Assembly (NCBI GenBank): GCA_963663805.2
Contig: CAXXMR010000030.1
Span: forward strand, 1-64,000
DNA length: 64,000 nucleotides
Reading direction: 5' to 3'
DNA from: Sedimentisphaerales bacterium
GTDB lineage: Bacteria; Planctomycetota; Phycisphaerae; Sedimentisphaerales; SM23-30
The notes under the pieces are model-generated. The model was not told where the DNA came from, ran no database searches, and saw only the letters and a program-made list of their open reading frames with translations. The first letter of the stretch is position 1. The number at the start of each line of letters is the position of its first letter. Positions 21,631 to 33,809 of the stretch are shown piece after piece. Position numbers and translations under genes: made by a program.

Positions 21631-22984
21631 GAATTGAAAATTTTGCTCTTTTTCAAGTTAATATGAGTTCAGATTCAGAGTTATCAAAGGATGCTGAATG
21701 GTAAATCTGAGGATTTTCGGCAGACTTGCCGATAAAACGCAAAATCTGCGCAGAACGATACCGAAGTTAAGCCTTGGATTGACCAAGATTCAAGCAGACT
21801 GTTTTAGCCGATAGCCCATTGTTCGAGTTTGGCTGAAAAACCGTTGTTCAATATTGGGTGGCACTTTTTTTGCATCGCTGCCAGGCATTTCAGGCTTATT
21901 GCCATAGAATACATCATCTGGCCGTAAACCATCGAGTGTCATGTGAGGCCGCCATTGGTTATACCAAACTTGGAATTCATCGCAGAGTTCGGTTAGATGA
22001 TTGTAGCCTCTGATGAGTACGACTCTTTTGAGCCATTCGTACTTCAGGGTTTTGTTGGCTCTTTCCGTCACTGCAATTGAGCCATGCTTGCCGATGGCTC
22101 CGTAGCGGTGTTTGATGTTATCTCCCAATAGATCATTGAAAGCCTGGCTGATGAAAACGCTGCCCTGATCGGAGATGATGTGTTTGGGTGGTCCATATTT
22201 TTCGATGGTGTTATCCAATAGTTCGCATACCCAACCGGCATTTCTGCCTTCCAGCGGAGCAACTGCCATGATCTTTCGCGAGTAATGATCGATAATCAGA
22301 CACACATGAATTTCCCAAAATCCCCAACAGAACACTGACGTGTTGTCAATTGACCAGACATGGTTGGGGTACCACGCAGGAATAGAACAATCTTTTGCTT
22401 GCTCTTCGGCCTTTTGCTTACGTGGAGACATTTTCGGATTTATGGGTTGAGGGCGATTGAGGATATTTCTGACGGTGGATGCTGAAATAAAAACTTTCAG
22501 CAAGGCCAGTTGGCTGGCTATCCTCACTCTACCCCAGTTGGTATTATTTTTAGCAATCTCCCAAACCAACGCTGCTGTCTCGGCAGGCGTTTTGTTAGCA
22601 GGTGTCCTCTGTTTCACTTGGGTTTCAATATTGTGCATCCAGCGATAGTAAGTTGATTTGGCGATGCCGACATACTCAAAGAGCTTATTCCTGGGAATCT
22701 GAAAAGCTTCGACGTAATTCAGGATGAACAATTTCTCGTCGAGCGAATAGCGTTTGTTGGTGTCTTTTTTCTTCAAGCCTTTTTGTAGTATGCTGATTTG
22801 GATACCCTGCTGGTAAACTTTGTCACGAAGAAAAAATATTTCCTTATCCTTTTCGTCAATATCCATTTGGGCTACTCGCTTCAGTTGGCGTTTTCTGGCC
22901 AGGCCTGAAAATTGAGCTGGCTAATACTACGGCTTTGATGAGATAGGAAATAACAAAGCTGAGAGCCTCGATGTTGTGATACAT
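21589..22984 (-). mobile_element. DDE (integrase-core) transposase element; ORF 21790-22984 with a frameshift near 22920
   Basis: HTH, WGRVRI, PNHVWSID, IDHYSR, ISDQGS.F, ERAN.TLK.E, WYN..RPH. TGTAGTTGTCAAC end-like sequence at 21589; the partner IR was not found. Confidence 0.75.
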
Positions 22985-23079
22985 GCTTTCCACTTCGGTT
23001 GTTTGATATTGATCGCTCCTAAACACCCATATAAATCTATTATATGTTTCAGCAGTAAAATAGCAAGCCCCCCTACCGC

Positions 23080-23310
23080 CATGCTTACCCAGTTGCTATT
23101 TGCCCAGAATCCGCCATGATGCTCCCACGATACGAAAAACATATATTTATGGAAAGCCAAACCCAGAAAATCCGATTGATATTTCTGATTTTAGGCCGTT
23201 TGATGCTACGTTGCTGGACTATCAGTTGTTGCCTAAGTGCCAGATTTTCCAGAGGCAATGCCAAATGCCTAGAAGTATTTCAAGTTGCTATCGGCTTTGG
23301 ATGAATTAAT
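23080..23310 (-). pseudogene. Decayed transposase N-terminal remnant
   Basis: The minus strand encodes ENLALRQQLIVQQRSIKRPKIRNINRIFWVWLS, typical of integrase-core transposase N-termini. Confidence 0.55.
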
Positions 23311-23314
23311 GCTT

Positions 23315-26300
23315 TTAAAAGTCAAACCATTTGTAAAAAGCTGGTATTACAAAAAGAGTGAGGATCGATGAGGAGGTCAGGCCGAAAATAACGACGACGG
23401 CTAATGGTTTTTGCACTTCGGCTCCAATTCCCTGGGAAAGCAGCAGGGGCAGCAGGCCTAATACGGTGGTGATGGAAGTCATAAGCACCGGCCGGAAACG
23501 CTGGTGGCAGCCGGAGAAAATGGCTTCGGTCGAAGGCATACTTTCTCTAAGCTGATCGATCCGGGTCACCAGCACCATGCTATCCTGTATGGCAATACCA
23601 AACAGGGCGATAAAGCCGACGACGGCCGGTACGGAGAGGTATTCACCCATAAAATAAAGCCCAATCATCCCGCCGATGAGCCCCAGCGGTATATTGATCA
23701 TTACCAGCAGGGCACTGGATGTTGAGCCGAATGCCAGAAAAAGCATTATGAATATAACAAAAACTACCACCGGAATAATAATGCCAAAGCGTTTCATAGC
23801 TCGAAGTTGATTCTCGAACTGCCCCCCGTATTCGATGTAGTATCCGTCGGGAATGGTAATCTTATCGGAAATTCTCTGCTGAATGTCGCTGATGACTCCA
23901 CCTAGGTCTCTGCCGCGAACATTGGCCTGGATCATCCAGCGGCGTTGATTATTTTCGCGGTTGATCTGTATTGGACCCAGTGTCTTTCTGATCTCAGCGA
24001 TCTGGCTCAACGGTATCATGGTGCCGTCGTTGGCGGGTACCTGAAGTGATTTCAGCACCTCCTGGTCCTCGCGAAACTCGTTTTGATAACGTACCTGGAT
24101 GCCGTAGCGACGGGTATTCAGGTAGATGTGGTCTATAACGCGCCCTCCGACAGCGGTTTCCACGAGTTCAAGGATTTCACTGACATTGATGCCGTAACGG
24201 GCGCAGTTTTCCCGGTTAGCGATAATCTGTATCTGAGGCTGGCCGAAACTCTGTTCCAGTGAGAGATCGGCCAGACCGGGGATGTTGTCGATGCTATTAT
24301 GTATTTCCAGGGCTTTTTGCTGAAGAATATTCAGGTCCTCGCCGAAAAGTTTGATGGCTATTTGAGCACGGATCCCGGACAGCAGCTCATCGAATGCATT
24401 CTGTATGGGCTGAGTGAAATTGAGTTGGATGCCGGGATATTTTTTGAGATTTGTCTCAAGCTCGGATATAAGTTCCTGTTTGTTGCTAAAATGTTGCCAG
24501 TTTTTTTGCGGCTTGAGTTCAATATGAATTTCCGCATAGTTTACCGGGTGAGGGTGACTGCCGGCTTCGGGTCTGCCGATGCGGGAGATGACTTCGTCCA
24601 CTTCGAGATACCGGATTATCCGGTTTTCGAGGGCCTGTATAGTCTCTACGGCTTTTTCCAGTGAAATTGAAGGTGCCATGTTTACACCGATGAGTATGGA
24701 GCCTTCTTCCAGGGTGGGTATGAATTCTGTCCCCCAGACAGGGCAGGATAACTGCACTGCTCGCGACAAGTATCAGCACCAGTAAGAGAATGATCCAGGG
24801 GTGTTTGACGGACCATTTGAGCAGGGGACGGTGCAGCTTCTCGAGCCAGACAAAAATGAAGAACTCGCGATGCAGCCGGGCTTGGAGGAGATAACTGGAC
24901 AGCGGCGGAACGATGATTATAGCGAATACGAGCGAGCCAAGCAGCCCGAAACATAGAGTATAGGCCATGGGAATGAACATCTTTCCTTCGACGCCTTCGA
25001 GAGTAAATATGGGGATAAAAACAATCACGATAATGAGCAAAGCGAAGATGATGGGTTTGGCTACCTCCAGAGCGGCGTCCATGATAATATCGGTACGATG
25101 CCGGAAATCGTCGGACGCCGCGATATTGAGGTGCCGGTAGATATTTTCGACCATAACTATGGCTCCGTCAACCAGCATACCCAGGGCAATCGCGATCCCG
25201 CCCAGTGACATCAGATTAGCGGAGATGCCCGCTGAACGCATGAGTATGATGGAAACAAATACGCTGAAGGGCAGGGCGAAAACCACTATCAGCGCGGTGC
25301 GAATATTTCCCAGAAAAAGAAATAGTACCACGGCGGCCAGAAAAGCTCCGAGCAGCAAAGCGTTTTTGACGGTGGAGGTTGCTTTCTGGACTAGTTCCTG
25401 CTGTTCATAATAGGGAACGATAGTGACACCTTCGGGCAAAGACTTTTGCAGTTGGGGTATTTTCTGGTAGAGACTTTCGATAACCCGGGAGGTGTTCTGG
25501 CCGTAAAGCTGGAGTACCATGCCGGAGACGACTTCTTCTGTGCCGTTACGGGACACCACGCCGCGCCGGACGGCGTGGCCGAACTCAACCTGGGCGATAT
25601 CCTGTATTCGGATGGGAGTGCCGTCAATGGTTTCGATAGTGATGCTTTCTATATCCTGGATATCCTGAAGCAGTCCGATGCCGCGTACAAGATTTTCTTC
25701 CTGGGCGGTGACAATGTGCTGGCCGCCGACATTGTTATTGTTTTCAAGTACCGCGGCTACGACATCGTGGACGGCCAGGTTGTGCTGGAGGAGCTGGTGG
25801 GGATCGATGTTTATCTGATACTGGAGGACATGCCCGCCGATAGAAAGGATGTCGGTGACTCCGGGCACGGTTTGCAGCTGATATTTCACGACCCAGTCGT
25901 TGATATCGCGCAGGTAGACCATGGGCTCCAGGCCGCCCGTATCGGCGTTCTGGTCCAACTTCAGGTAGTAGATGAAGATTTGCCCCAGTCCGGTGGAAAT
26001 TGGTCCCAGGGCGGGTTTTTCCGTTAGTTCGGGTAACTGGGCTACAGCCTGAGAAAGCCTTTCGGCAACGACCTGCCGGGCAAAATACATATCTGTATCG
26101 TCATCGAAATAGACATATACGACGGACAGTCCGAATGCCGAAGTTGATTTGATCTGTTTGATGCCGGGCAGGCCGTTCATAACCGATTCGACGGGGAAGG
26201 TGATGAGGCGTTCAACTTCCTCAGGGGCCATGCCGTCGGCTTCGGTGAAGACCGGGACCATTATGGGTGAAATGTCGGGGAAGGCATCGACCGGCAGCAG

Positions 26301-26396
26301 GGTGTACTGGTAAATCCCGAAGGCCGTTATAAAAAGAATGGCCAGTATTACCAGAACGCGATAATGCAGTGCGATAGTGATCAGTCTGTTATGCAT
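23315..26396 (-). CDS. czcA: CzcA/CusA-family heavy-metal RND permease with a one-base frameshift at ~24731-24735
   Basis: PVDAFPDI, GMLVDGAIVMVEN, RFRPVLMT, GAEVQKPLA. The two ORFs join as LPCLGTEFIPTLEEG if one G of a G5 run is removed. Confidence 0.85.
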
Positions 26397-26408
26397 ATTT
26401 ATACCTTA

Positions 26409-27682
26409 TTAATGGCCGTGTCCGGCATGGCTGGTCGAGAGTGCTGGTGACGAGTTTGGCTTTGAGGTCGAAAGCTCCATGGGTGACGACTTTTTCGCCA
26501 GGCTTCAATCCGGCCGTAATTTCTACATGTTGGGCCTTGGCTTTTCCTGTGGTTACCTCTCTGGTTTCGTAACCTTGGGGCAAGGCCGACAAACACACAT
26601 TCTTCACCATTGATATTCTGGACGGCCTGGGTTGGGATGATGATCCCGGTGTCGCCTTGGCTAAATATTATGGCGTTGACAAAAAGTCCCGGTCGCAGTT
26701 GTCCGGACGGGTTTGGGATTATGACGCGGGCTATGGCGGTGCGTGATACCGGATCGAGTACGGGGCCGATAAAGCTGATCGGGCCGGAAATGGATTGTCC
26801 GGCGATACTGATCTGGCATTCCTGGCCGGGATGGATGTGGGGCAGGTCTTTGGGAAAGATGTCCAGATCGATCCACACGGTATCTAGGTTGGCGATGGTG
26901 AAAACGGACGTTTCCGGGCGTACCAGCTCTCCAAGCGTGATGTGCTTGTCAATCACAATGCCGTCGAAGGGGGCGGTGATTTCATATTTGATGAAGGATT
27001 CGCGGTCCTGCCGGGGCAGATCATTCACGGTCTGAGCGGAAAGCCCCAGGGCCCGGAGCTTTTGTTCTGCCAGCATTAAATTGATTTCAGTTTCGGCAAA
27101 ATTATTCCGGGCCAGGATGAACTCCTGTTCTGAAGTGATCTTTTGCTGCCAAAGCTGGTTTTCGCGTTTGAATAGAGATTCTGCCAGTTGCTGCCTCTGA
27201 CGTGCGGCCAGGTACTCAGCTTTGGCTTCAGAGAGTTCGCGGCTGTGGATCATGGCCATGACTTGGCCGGTTTTAACAGTACTGCCCAGAGTAGCATGTA
27301 CCTGCTGAACTACACCGGGGACCAAAGGGACGATGTGGGCCAGCTCATCCTGATTGAGTTGAATTTTACCGGTCAGGTAAATGGTTTTTTCCAGCAAGGT
27401 GATTTGTACTGCCTGGGTTTGGAGCCCGATGAGCTTCTCAGTTTCGGGATCAAGGGTTATCAATTCCTCATGATCGTGTTCGGCGCGGGTTTCGGATTCC
27501 TGGTGGTCATATTCATCTGCCGGCAGAGTGCATTGGTGGGCGTGCTCCTCCTCATGTTGTGATTTGTGTTCATGGTCATGATCATGATCGTGGTTTTGCT
27601 GAGCTGATGCGGGATTCAGGCCGTAAAGTGAGCATATAGCGATCAGGCAGCATAGAGTTATTATATTTCGTTGATTTAACAT
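26409..27682 (-). CDS. czcB: CzcB/CusB-family periplasmic adaptor with His-rich N-terminus; two one-base frameshifts near the 3' end
   Basis: HDHDHDHEH, ITAPFDG.V, LRPGLF. The corrected end reads ...TLDSHAGHGH*. Confidence 0.8.
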
Positions 27683-27690
27683 GATAATCC

Positions 27691-28727
27691 TCATTCAATG
27701 GTTTGGTTCAGTTCCCGAAGGCTCAGGCCAATGAGTCTTTCGAGTTCGGTTTTGATTAAATGATATTGACCTTGGGCTTCGATATATTCGTTCTGATATT
27801 CGAACCACGTTTTTTCAGTTTCAAGAAGGGAAAGGTAATTGGTTTTGCCTTGCTGGTAGGAAGTCTGGGATGAGTTCAGGGCTTCGCTTGCGGTTTTTAT
27901 AACCTGGTTTTTGAGAGTTTCAGCGCGGTAAGCGGCATTTTGCAGTTCGGTGCAGATTTGGTTGAGTTTATTTTCCGCGTTGATCAGAGAAGCTTTATGG
28001 TTGAGCCGAGCCTGGTTGAGATTATGCCGGGCTTCAGCACTGCCGCCTTGATTGCGATCCACCAGGGGCAAAGGCAGTGACATGCCGACAATCAGGGCCT
28101 GGTCGTCTGTCTCCTGGAAATGTTTCAGGCCTGCGCTGATGGTGATATCGGGGACTGCCCGAGCGCGGGCCAGTTTGGTCTGTACTTTGTGCTGCTCAAT
28201 CTCGACGGTCCTGCGGATGATGTCGGGATTTTTTTTGAGTAGCTTTTTCAGCGTCCCGGTTTCCGGTATTTCAACGGTAGTGTCCAGGTCGCCGACAAGT
28301 TCGGTAAAATCAAGCGGGCTGCCTCCCCAGTATGATGCAAGTTGCTGTCTATAGGCCCGGTTCAGGTTGGTCAATTCCTGTTCCCGCATCTTGGCCTGGG
28401 CCAGTGCCATTTCGGCCAGAGATACCGAAAGAGGGGTGTCTTTGCCGGCCCGGACACGCTTATGAGCAGAGTCGCTGATTTGAACGCAAACCTTAACCAG
28501 TTTTCGGGCAAGTTCTATTTTTCGTTGGATCAAGAGCAGTTCGATAAAGGTTTGGGACATATCCGCCGCTACGTCAAGTTGACGGGCGCGGTAATCGAGT
28601 CGTGAGAGTTTGACATCGAAGGAGCCGGCTCGTTTTCTTTGGGATATTTTACCGCCGAGTTCAATGAGCTGACTCAATTGAATGGTTGTTTCGGAGGCAT
28701 CAAGGTTTTGAAACTCACCGGGTCCGG
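27691..28727 (-). pseudogene. czcC: CzcC/TolC-family outer-membrane factor, 5'-truncated by IS21
   Basis: LSQLIELGGK, PLPLVDRNQG, YQQG. The ORF start lies in the IS IR; no signal peptide remains. Confidence 0.8.
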
Positions 28728-28854
28728 TGGTGATTAGCATTGAAAATGGAGCCAGATTTGCATCGAAATCTGAGCCACTTAGGTTAGTAAAATAACGCCG
28801 ATTTCGGCGTTGTCAATAGGGATTCTGGTCCTTTTTCGTTGGATTGAGGCTTTC

Positions 28855-29619
28855 TTAGCCTTCTTTTTTCCGTTTTTTCTCTAAACTCTGGTTAAGTCGC
28901 CAGCTGTCGGTTATGATTTCGACCACGCTCACATGGTGGGTCAGTCGGTCCAGCAGAGCACCGGCTAATCTTTCATCATCGCCAAAGACCTGGGGCCAAT
29001 CGGCGAATGGCAGATTCGTTGTTACGATCAGGCTGGTTTGTTCATAGCACTGGCTGAAAAAGCCGAACAGATGTTCCGCTCCGATACGGTCGAACGGGAC
29101 ATAGCCCAGTTCATCGATGATGATCAGGTCGCATTTTTTTATATAGCTCTCTAATTTCAACACCGCTCTTTCCTGTCGGGCTTCGAGATACGTATTAACC
29201 AGTTCAGCAGCGGTAAAAAACCGCACTTTATAACCTCGTCGGCAGGCTTCCCGGCCGAGGGCGATGGCCAGATGACTTTTACCCACGCCCGGCGGGCCGG
29301 TAAAGACGATATTACTGCGGCGGTCGATAAAGCCGCACATCGAAAGGTCGATAATCTGTTTTTTATTTATCTGCGGCACGGCCATAAAATCAAAACTTTC
29401 AAGTTCCTTAGTCATGGGGAAGTTTGCCTGTTTCAATCTCCTGGCGATGGCCTGCGACTGTCGATGAAAGACTTCGATTTCGGCCAGTCTTTGCAGGTAA
29501 CTTTCATAGGATTCGTTTGCCTGGGCGGATGCCCGGGCAATTGTCTGATACTCTTTTTGAATTGTCGGAAGCTTCAGGGTCTTGAGATAGCTTTTTAATA
29601 AAACCATTTGATCTTTCAT
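28855..29619 (-). CDS. istB: IS21 helper ATPase IstB
   Basis: Matches copy 1 except residue 4. Confidence 0.95.
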   Translation of the reverse strand: MKDQMVLLKSYLKTLKLPTIQKEYQTIARASAQANESYESYLQRLAEIEVFHRQSQAIARRLKQANFPMTKELESFDFMAVPQINKKQIIDLSMCGFIDRRSNIVFTGPPGVGKSHLAIALGREACRRGYKVRFFTAAELVNTYLEARQERAVLKLESYIKKCDLIIIDELGYVPFDRIGAEHLFGFFSQCYEQTSLIVTTNLPFADWPQVFGDDERLAGALLDRLTHHVSVVEIITDSWRLNQSLEKKRKKEG

Positions 29620-31103
29620 GCTACCTCCCCGGCCAACTGGTTATAAACATCGAGATTGCGTTTGCCATCGCCTTGGTTTACCAGGACTTGATTGCCGGCA
29701 AGGTTCAATTGTGAGCCGTTACGTAAAAAGCTTTCCACCGCTTCATCGCTGAACGCCCGGCACTTGACACAAACACCAACGGCATGTTCAACTTCTTTTT
29801 GCGGATGCCTGATAAAGAGCAGCAGGATGTTGATGTATTTACCGGTCCCTTCACTGCCGTATCGATATTCAAGCTCTGTTCGCATCAAGGTGAAATCTTC
29901 GCCCCAGGGCTGGCCCTTGAATGGCCGAGCATTATCCAGCGAACCGGGCTTACGCTCTAAAAGTTTGATATAATGCAGCGGATCCAGGATATACTGGTCT
30001 TTATCGTAACATCTGGAATGCGAGGCAACCAGCTCATTTTTATAGAACAGGTCAACCCGGTCAACGAATACCTTGACCTGGCAAGATTGATAGGCATACT
30101 CCGTCGGCACCGAATACCGGTTAGTATCAACCCGTACTGTAAGCTGTTTGTCCGCAAAGGTGGATATTCGACGACAGGCTTCAAACTTCTGCTCAGGCAG
30201 TTCGTATAAATGTGTTTTCTCTTCCGCAAATAAATCGCCAATGGTTTTATTCGTATGAGGTGCAGGGCCCTGGCGATCCAGTTCTTTGATACACTGAGCA
30301 ATCAGCATCTCATTCAGCTGAGCCATATCGGTAACTCTCGGAACCGGAGAGAAGAACTGCCTTTCACTTCGCTTGGCGAGATTCTCGACATCGCCTTTTT
30401 CATTACCTTTAGCGACATTGCAAAAACGAGTGTCAAACAAATACCAACTCTTAAGCTCTACGAATTTGCGGTTGAGCCGACGCTTGCCTTTTTTGAGAAC
30501 CTTTAGAACCGCAGTTTTTAAATTGTCGTAAGCAATGCGTTTGGGCACGCCGCCGAAATATTCAAACGCCCGGACATGGCCGTCAAGAAAACATTCGATC
30601 TTCATGCTCTCGTAAGCACAAACAAAAGGAGCCTTAGAACAGCACAGCTTCATGCAAAAAACGTAGACCTTCTTCTCCCTGCCGTTTTCTTTAATGTTAG
30701 CTTCATGCCAGTCAACCTGGGCTTCTTCGCCAAACTCAAACGCTAACGGCAGGTAAGCTTCTTTTTGGCGATTACTCGCTTCCTTGATATACCGCTGGAC
30801 AGTGCTGTAATGACCGGTGAAACCATACTCGTCACAAAGCCGCTGATACATTTTGGTCGCCTGCATCCGCTGCTTACGCCGAACCTTTTTGTCAGATTCC
30901 AGCCAGGTGTCAATAATGTGCGCGAAGGGATCCATGACAGCCTTGACCCGCGGCTGACTGAGCCGATAGCCCGGCGGAATCGGATTTTTCAGGGCCTTGG
31001 CCACCGTGTTACGCGAATGCCCCAGCTCCAGGGCAACCTCACGTTGCGATATCCCATCACGAACTTTACGTCTGATAATCTCATAATGCTCCACTGTAAG
31101 CAC
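29616..31103 (-). CDS. istA: IS21 transposase IstA
   Basis: Same protein as copy 1. Confidence 0.95.
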   Translation of the reverse strand: MLTVEHYEIIRRKVRDGISQREVALELGHSRNTVAKALKNPIPPGYRLSQPRVKAVMDPFAHIIDTWLESDKKVRRKQRMQATKMYQRLCDEYGFTGHYSTVQRYIKEASNRQKEAYLPLAFEFGEEAQVDWHEANIKENGREKKVYVFCMKLCCSKAPFVCAYESMKIECFLDGHVRAFEYFGGVPKRIAYDNLKTAVLKVLKKGKRRLNRKFVELKSWYLFDTRFCNVAKGNEKGDVENLAKRSERQFFSPVPRVTDMAQLNEMLIAQCIKELDRQGPAPHTNKTIGDLFAEEKTHLYELPEQKFEACRRISTFADKQLTVRVDTNRYSVPTEYAYQSCQVKVFVDRVDLFYKNELVASHSRCYDKDQYILDPLHYIKLLERKPGSLDNARPFKGQPWGEDFTLMRTELEYRYGSEGTGKYINILLLFIRHPQKEVEHAVGVCVKCRAFSDEAVESFLRNGSQLNLAGNQVLVNQGDGKRNLDVYNQLAGEVA

Positions 31104-31239
31104 CTTTCTAAGCCTCCTGTGTCTAAAATGTTACGTATCTTAAACACATCTTATCGGCCTTTTACAGTGGCTCCTTTTTCGATGCTTTTTCAGAAGAGAA
31201 AACCCGCAAATCTGGCTCCATTTTCAATGCTAATCACCA

Positions 31240-31591
31240 TTCGCGGCTGTTCGCCTGTACCAGCAGCCACGGGGTCTATGAATTGGTTGAAGGGGAGTGG
31301 GTGAGATACGACAAATATTGCCGGGAGACGATTAGGGACGCGGCGCTGTTTGCCGGGGAGTTGGTTGTCTGTGGTAAGTTTTCCTCCATTGTAGGCTTGG
31401 GACCGGCAACGCTGGTGTGTTGGGACGGGGTGGATTGGGAGATAATGGCCCAGGGACAGTATCAATACAGCTCCATAGAAGATGTTGTTGCTGATGGGAA
31501 TCGGGTTCTTGTGGCGGGCGGGCCGTGGGGTTGCCCGGAATTTGGGCAGGATTATGGTAATGTTCGGGTGGGAGAGATTGCAAGCGAATGA
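31240..31591 (+). pseudogene. 3' fragment of a paralog of the 3668-4476 beta-propeller-like gene
   Basis: RYDKYCRETIRDAALFAGEL...QGQYQYSSIEDVV is shared with ~4125-4476. Confidence 0.8.
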
Positions 31592-31631
31592 TAAGCTTTT
31601 CCGAAATGCAGATGATACAGGAAAGGATATA

Positions 31632-32264
31632 CTACTGGCTTCGAGGGCGACGGATAATAAGGCGTTGGGGCTGAGCTTGGCTGTGGCTGCCCGTTGAGTG
31701 TTGACTTGTTCTGGGAGAGTGAGATTTAACTTTTATTGATCTGGTGGCAGCAAGATTAGCTTCTTTCGAACGAGGCTTTGCTATTACATCGGCGGTTACA
31801 GTTAGATTAACAGTTGGCTGGGCAGGATCATTGCTGGCAACAGTTATGGTACGAGTACGCTGTCCGGGGTTGTTGCCCACAGAAAAAACAACTTCCAATT
31901 CCGAGCTTTCGCCCGAAGCAAGGGTTTTCTGAACAAGTTTCGCAACGGTACAGCCGCAAGAGGTTTTTATTCTGCCAATTTCCAAAGGAGCATTACCGGT
32001 ATTTACAAATTCAAATTTGTGGCTTACTTTTTCGCCAGCCTTAACTTTGCCAAAATCGTGCGATTGCTCCACGAAAACCAACTCGGGTGGTAAAGGCAAT
32101 TCAAGTTGTGATGAAGGATTTTCACTTTCTTGTATAATAGTTACTTCACAAGTTTCATTGGAGGGGATTGCAGGCAAATTTGGTGCATACCGAAGTTCCC
32201 TCTCAGAACACCCGCTGGTTAATACGACGCATGCGAGTGAAATAAGATATAATATCCTGAGCAT
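31632..32264 (-). CDS. DUF1573 (Ig-like) lipoprotein
   Basis: Lipobox LTSGC; HDFG.V...F.N.G.APL.I..IKTSCGCT...SNDP. Confidence 0.8.
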   Translation of the reverse strand: MLRILYLISLACVVLTSGCSERELRYAPNLPAIPSNETCEVTIIQESENPSSQLELPLPPELVFVEQSHDFGKVKAGEKVSHKFEFVNTGNAPLEIGRIKTSCGCTVAKLVQKTLASGESSELEVVFSVGNNPGQRTRTITVASNDPAQPTVNLTVTADVIAKPRSKEANLAATRSIKVKSHSPRTSQHSTGSHSQAQPQRLIIRRPRSQ

Positions 32265-32265
32265 A

Positions 32266-32775
32266 TCAATTCCTTTCGGGGCAGTTGGGGGTAGTTTCAA
32301 CGACAGGTTTGGCACAGGCCTGGAAGACAAATCGTTTGGAAAGAAAAAAATTCGCAATAAAGCCTGTAGCTACACCAATCAGGGCGGCTTGGTTGAAGTG
32401 GTTGTAAAAATGCCCCAGCGAATAATAAAGAGTCATGGATATTGCCCAATTGGCCGCGGCACCAGTCAGGCAGGCCAATATAAAACGGCACCACTGACGA
32501 AAAACAGATTTGTCCTGACTTTTAAAAGTAAAACGGCGATTCAGAAAGAAATTCCAGGTTACCGCAACCAAAAATGAGATCAGATTAGCAATGACAAAAT
32601 TCTGATAAATCAGCATGCTCAGATTTAGTATACCCAAACCTACAACTATACCAGAAGCGCCTATCAAGCCAAAAAAGATAAACTGTTGAATCCATTTTCG
32701 TTTGATCTTACATCTGTCAAATGGGGGATTGCGGACTGCAGGAATTCCAGAAGTGTCTCGAATATCAATACTCAT
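32266..32775 (-). CDS. GtrA-family lipid-linked sugar flippase-like protein
   Basis: Four TM segments, WNFFLNRRFTF, NFFLSKRFVF. Confidence 0.85.
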   Translation of the reverse strand: MSIDIRDTSGIPAVRNPPFDRCKIKRKWIQQFIFFGLIGASGIVVGLGILNLSMLIYQNFVIANLISFLVAVTWNFFLNRRFTFKSQDKSVFRQWCRFILACLTGAAANWAISMTLYYSLGHFYNHFNQAALIGVATGFIANFFLSKRFVFQACAKPVVETTPNCPERN

Positions 32776-32798
32776 AGAATGATCTCACTACCAGGTGC

Positions 32799-33809
32799 CT
32801 ACTTGTGTTCTCTTTTTACGGGAACGGCAGTTGTTTTTATCGGGACATTGCAGTCATTAATGCTTGGCTGTTTTCGGAATAGTCCAACAATCATACCCAT
32901 CGTATAACTTAAATGCGTAAGAGGGAATAGAGCGAGACAATATACGGCAACCACCGGATGCCGTTTTTTTAATCCGCCTATAATCGAAGTCACCAAACTG
33001 ACTGCCAAATAGCTTGCCGCCAGAACTACTAAGGCAATGATCCCTCCAGGTAATGTTATTGTCAAAATAATCATGGCGAGCATTAGCATCAAAACCACCC
33101 AATGATAAATACTTGTCGGAGATTTTCTCTTGCGAAATTGCATACTGCGCCCCCGACCGTAGCAAAAAAGTTTTTTTACATATTCCGAAAAGTGAGCAGG
33201 ACGTTCCCGGACAACAATTAATTTAGGGTCATACCATAATTGTTTTTCAGGTAATATTTGGCGGATTCGTTCAATTAAATCATTTTCTTCGTTGGGGAAC
33301 AGGGAACAATCAAAAAAGCCGGCTTTTTCAATTGCATTACGGCAAATAGCCAGGTTACAGCCAATCAATTCATGATCTTTTGCCAATCGGATTGGCCCGG
33401 TAGGCTTATAACGACTTTTTTTATTCAGTATCCCGAAATAACTAGTCCAAATAACATCTATGGACTGGCCAACAAGGGTATCGTCAGAAGGAGCGACATT
33501 AGGACCTCCCACAAGAATTACACTTGGATCATTGAAAAGGCTGGCAATTTTTCTAAGATTATCTGGCGGAGCAACAGAGTCTTCATCCAGAAAATATACT
33601 ATTTCCCCATTAGCAGCTTGAATTGCTTCATTTCTTTGTTTGCTGGCATTACGGCCCTGGACATGTAGAATCTGAATTTTGTCCGAAGGATAATCTTGTT
33701 TTTGCGCAGCTCGGATACTTTCTGGATATTTGCTATTGGGATAAGATGGAACAATCACTGATATAACAGGCAATTGTTTATTTTTAGAGCTTTCCGATGT
33801 TTTTTTCAT
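32799..33809 (-). CDS. GT2 glycosyltransferase with C-terminal TM helices
   Basis: ISVIVP, FLDEDS, GCNLA, NEEND, YGRGR. Confidence 0.85.
   Translation of the reverse strand: MKKTSESSKNKQLPVISVIVPSYPNSKYPESIRAAQKQDYPSDKIQILHVQGRNASKQRNEAIQAANGEIVYFLDEDSVAPPDNLRKIASLFNDPSVILVGGPNVAPSDDTLVGQSIDVIWTSYFGILNKKSRYKPTGPIRLAKDHELIGCNLAICRNAIEKAGFFDCSLFPNEENDLIERIRQILPEKQLWYDPKLIVVRERPAHFSEYVKKLFCYGRGRSMQFRKRKSPTSIYHWVVLMLMLAMIILTITLPGGIIALVVLAASYLAVSLVTSIIGGLKKRHPVVAVYCLALFPLTHLSYTMGMIVGLFRKQPSINDCNVPIKTTAVPVKREHK

Larger units (their letters stand above)
28728..31239 (-). mobile_element. IS21-family insertion sequence, copy 2 (2512 bp, inverted)
   Basis: Same IRs and near-identical istA/istB (e.g. 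IstB P4Q). No TSD. Confidence 0.95.

Noticed and set aside
21285..26590. Frameshifts in pfkB (~21290), the transposase (~22920), czcA (~24733) and czcB (~26585, ~26432) as programmed frameshifting or phase variation
   Set aside because: All are single extra G/C bases in short runs, in unrelated genes, clustered in ~5 kb. This fits long-read insertion errors or recent decay better; read pile-ups would decide.
1156..31239. IS21 composite transposon or simple inversion
   Set aside because: No outer TSD and no reciprocal flank matches.
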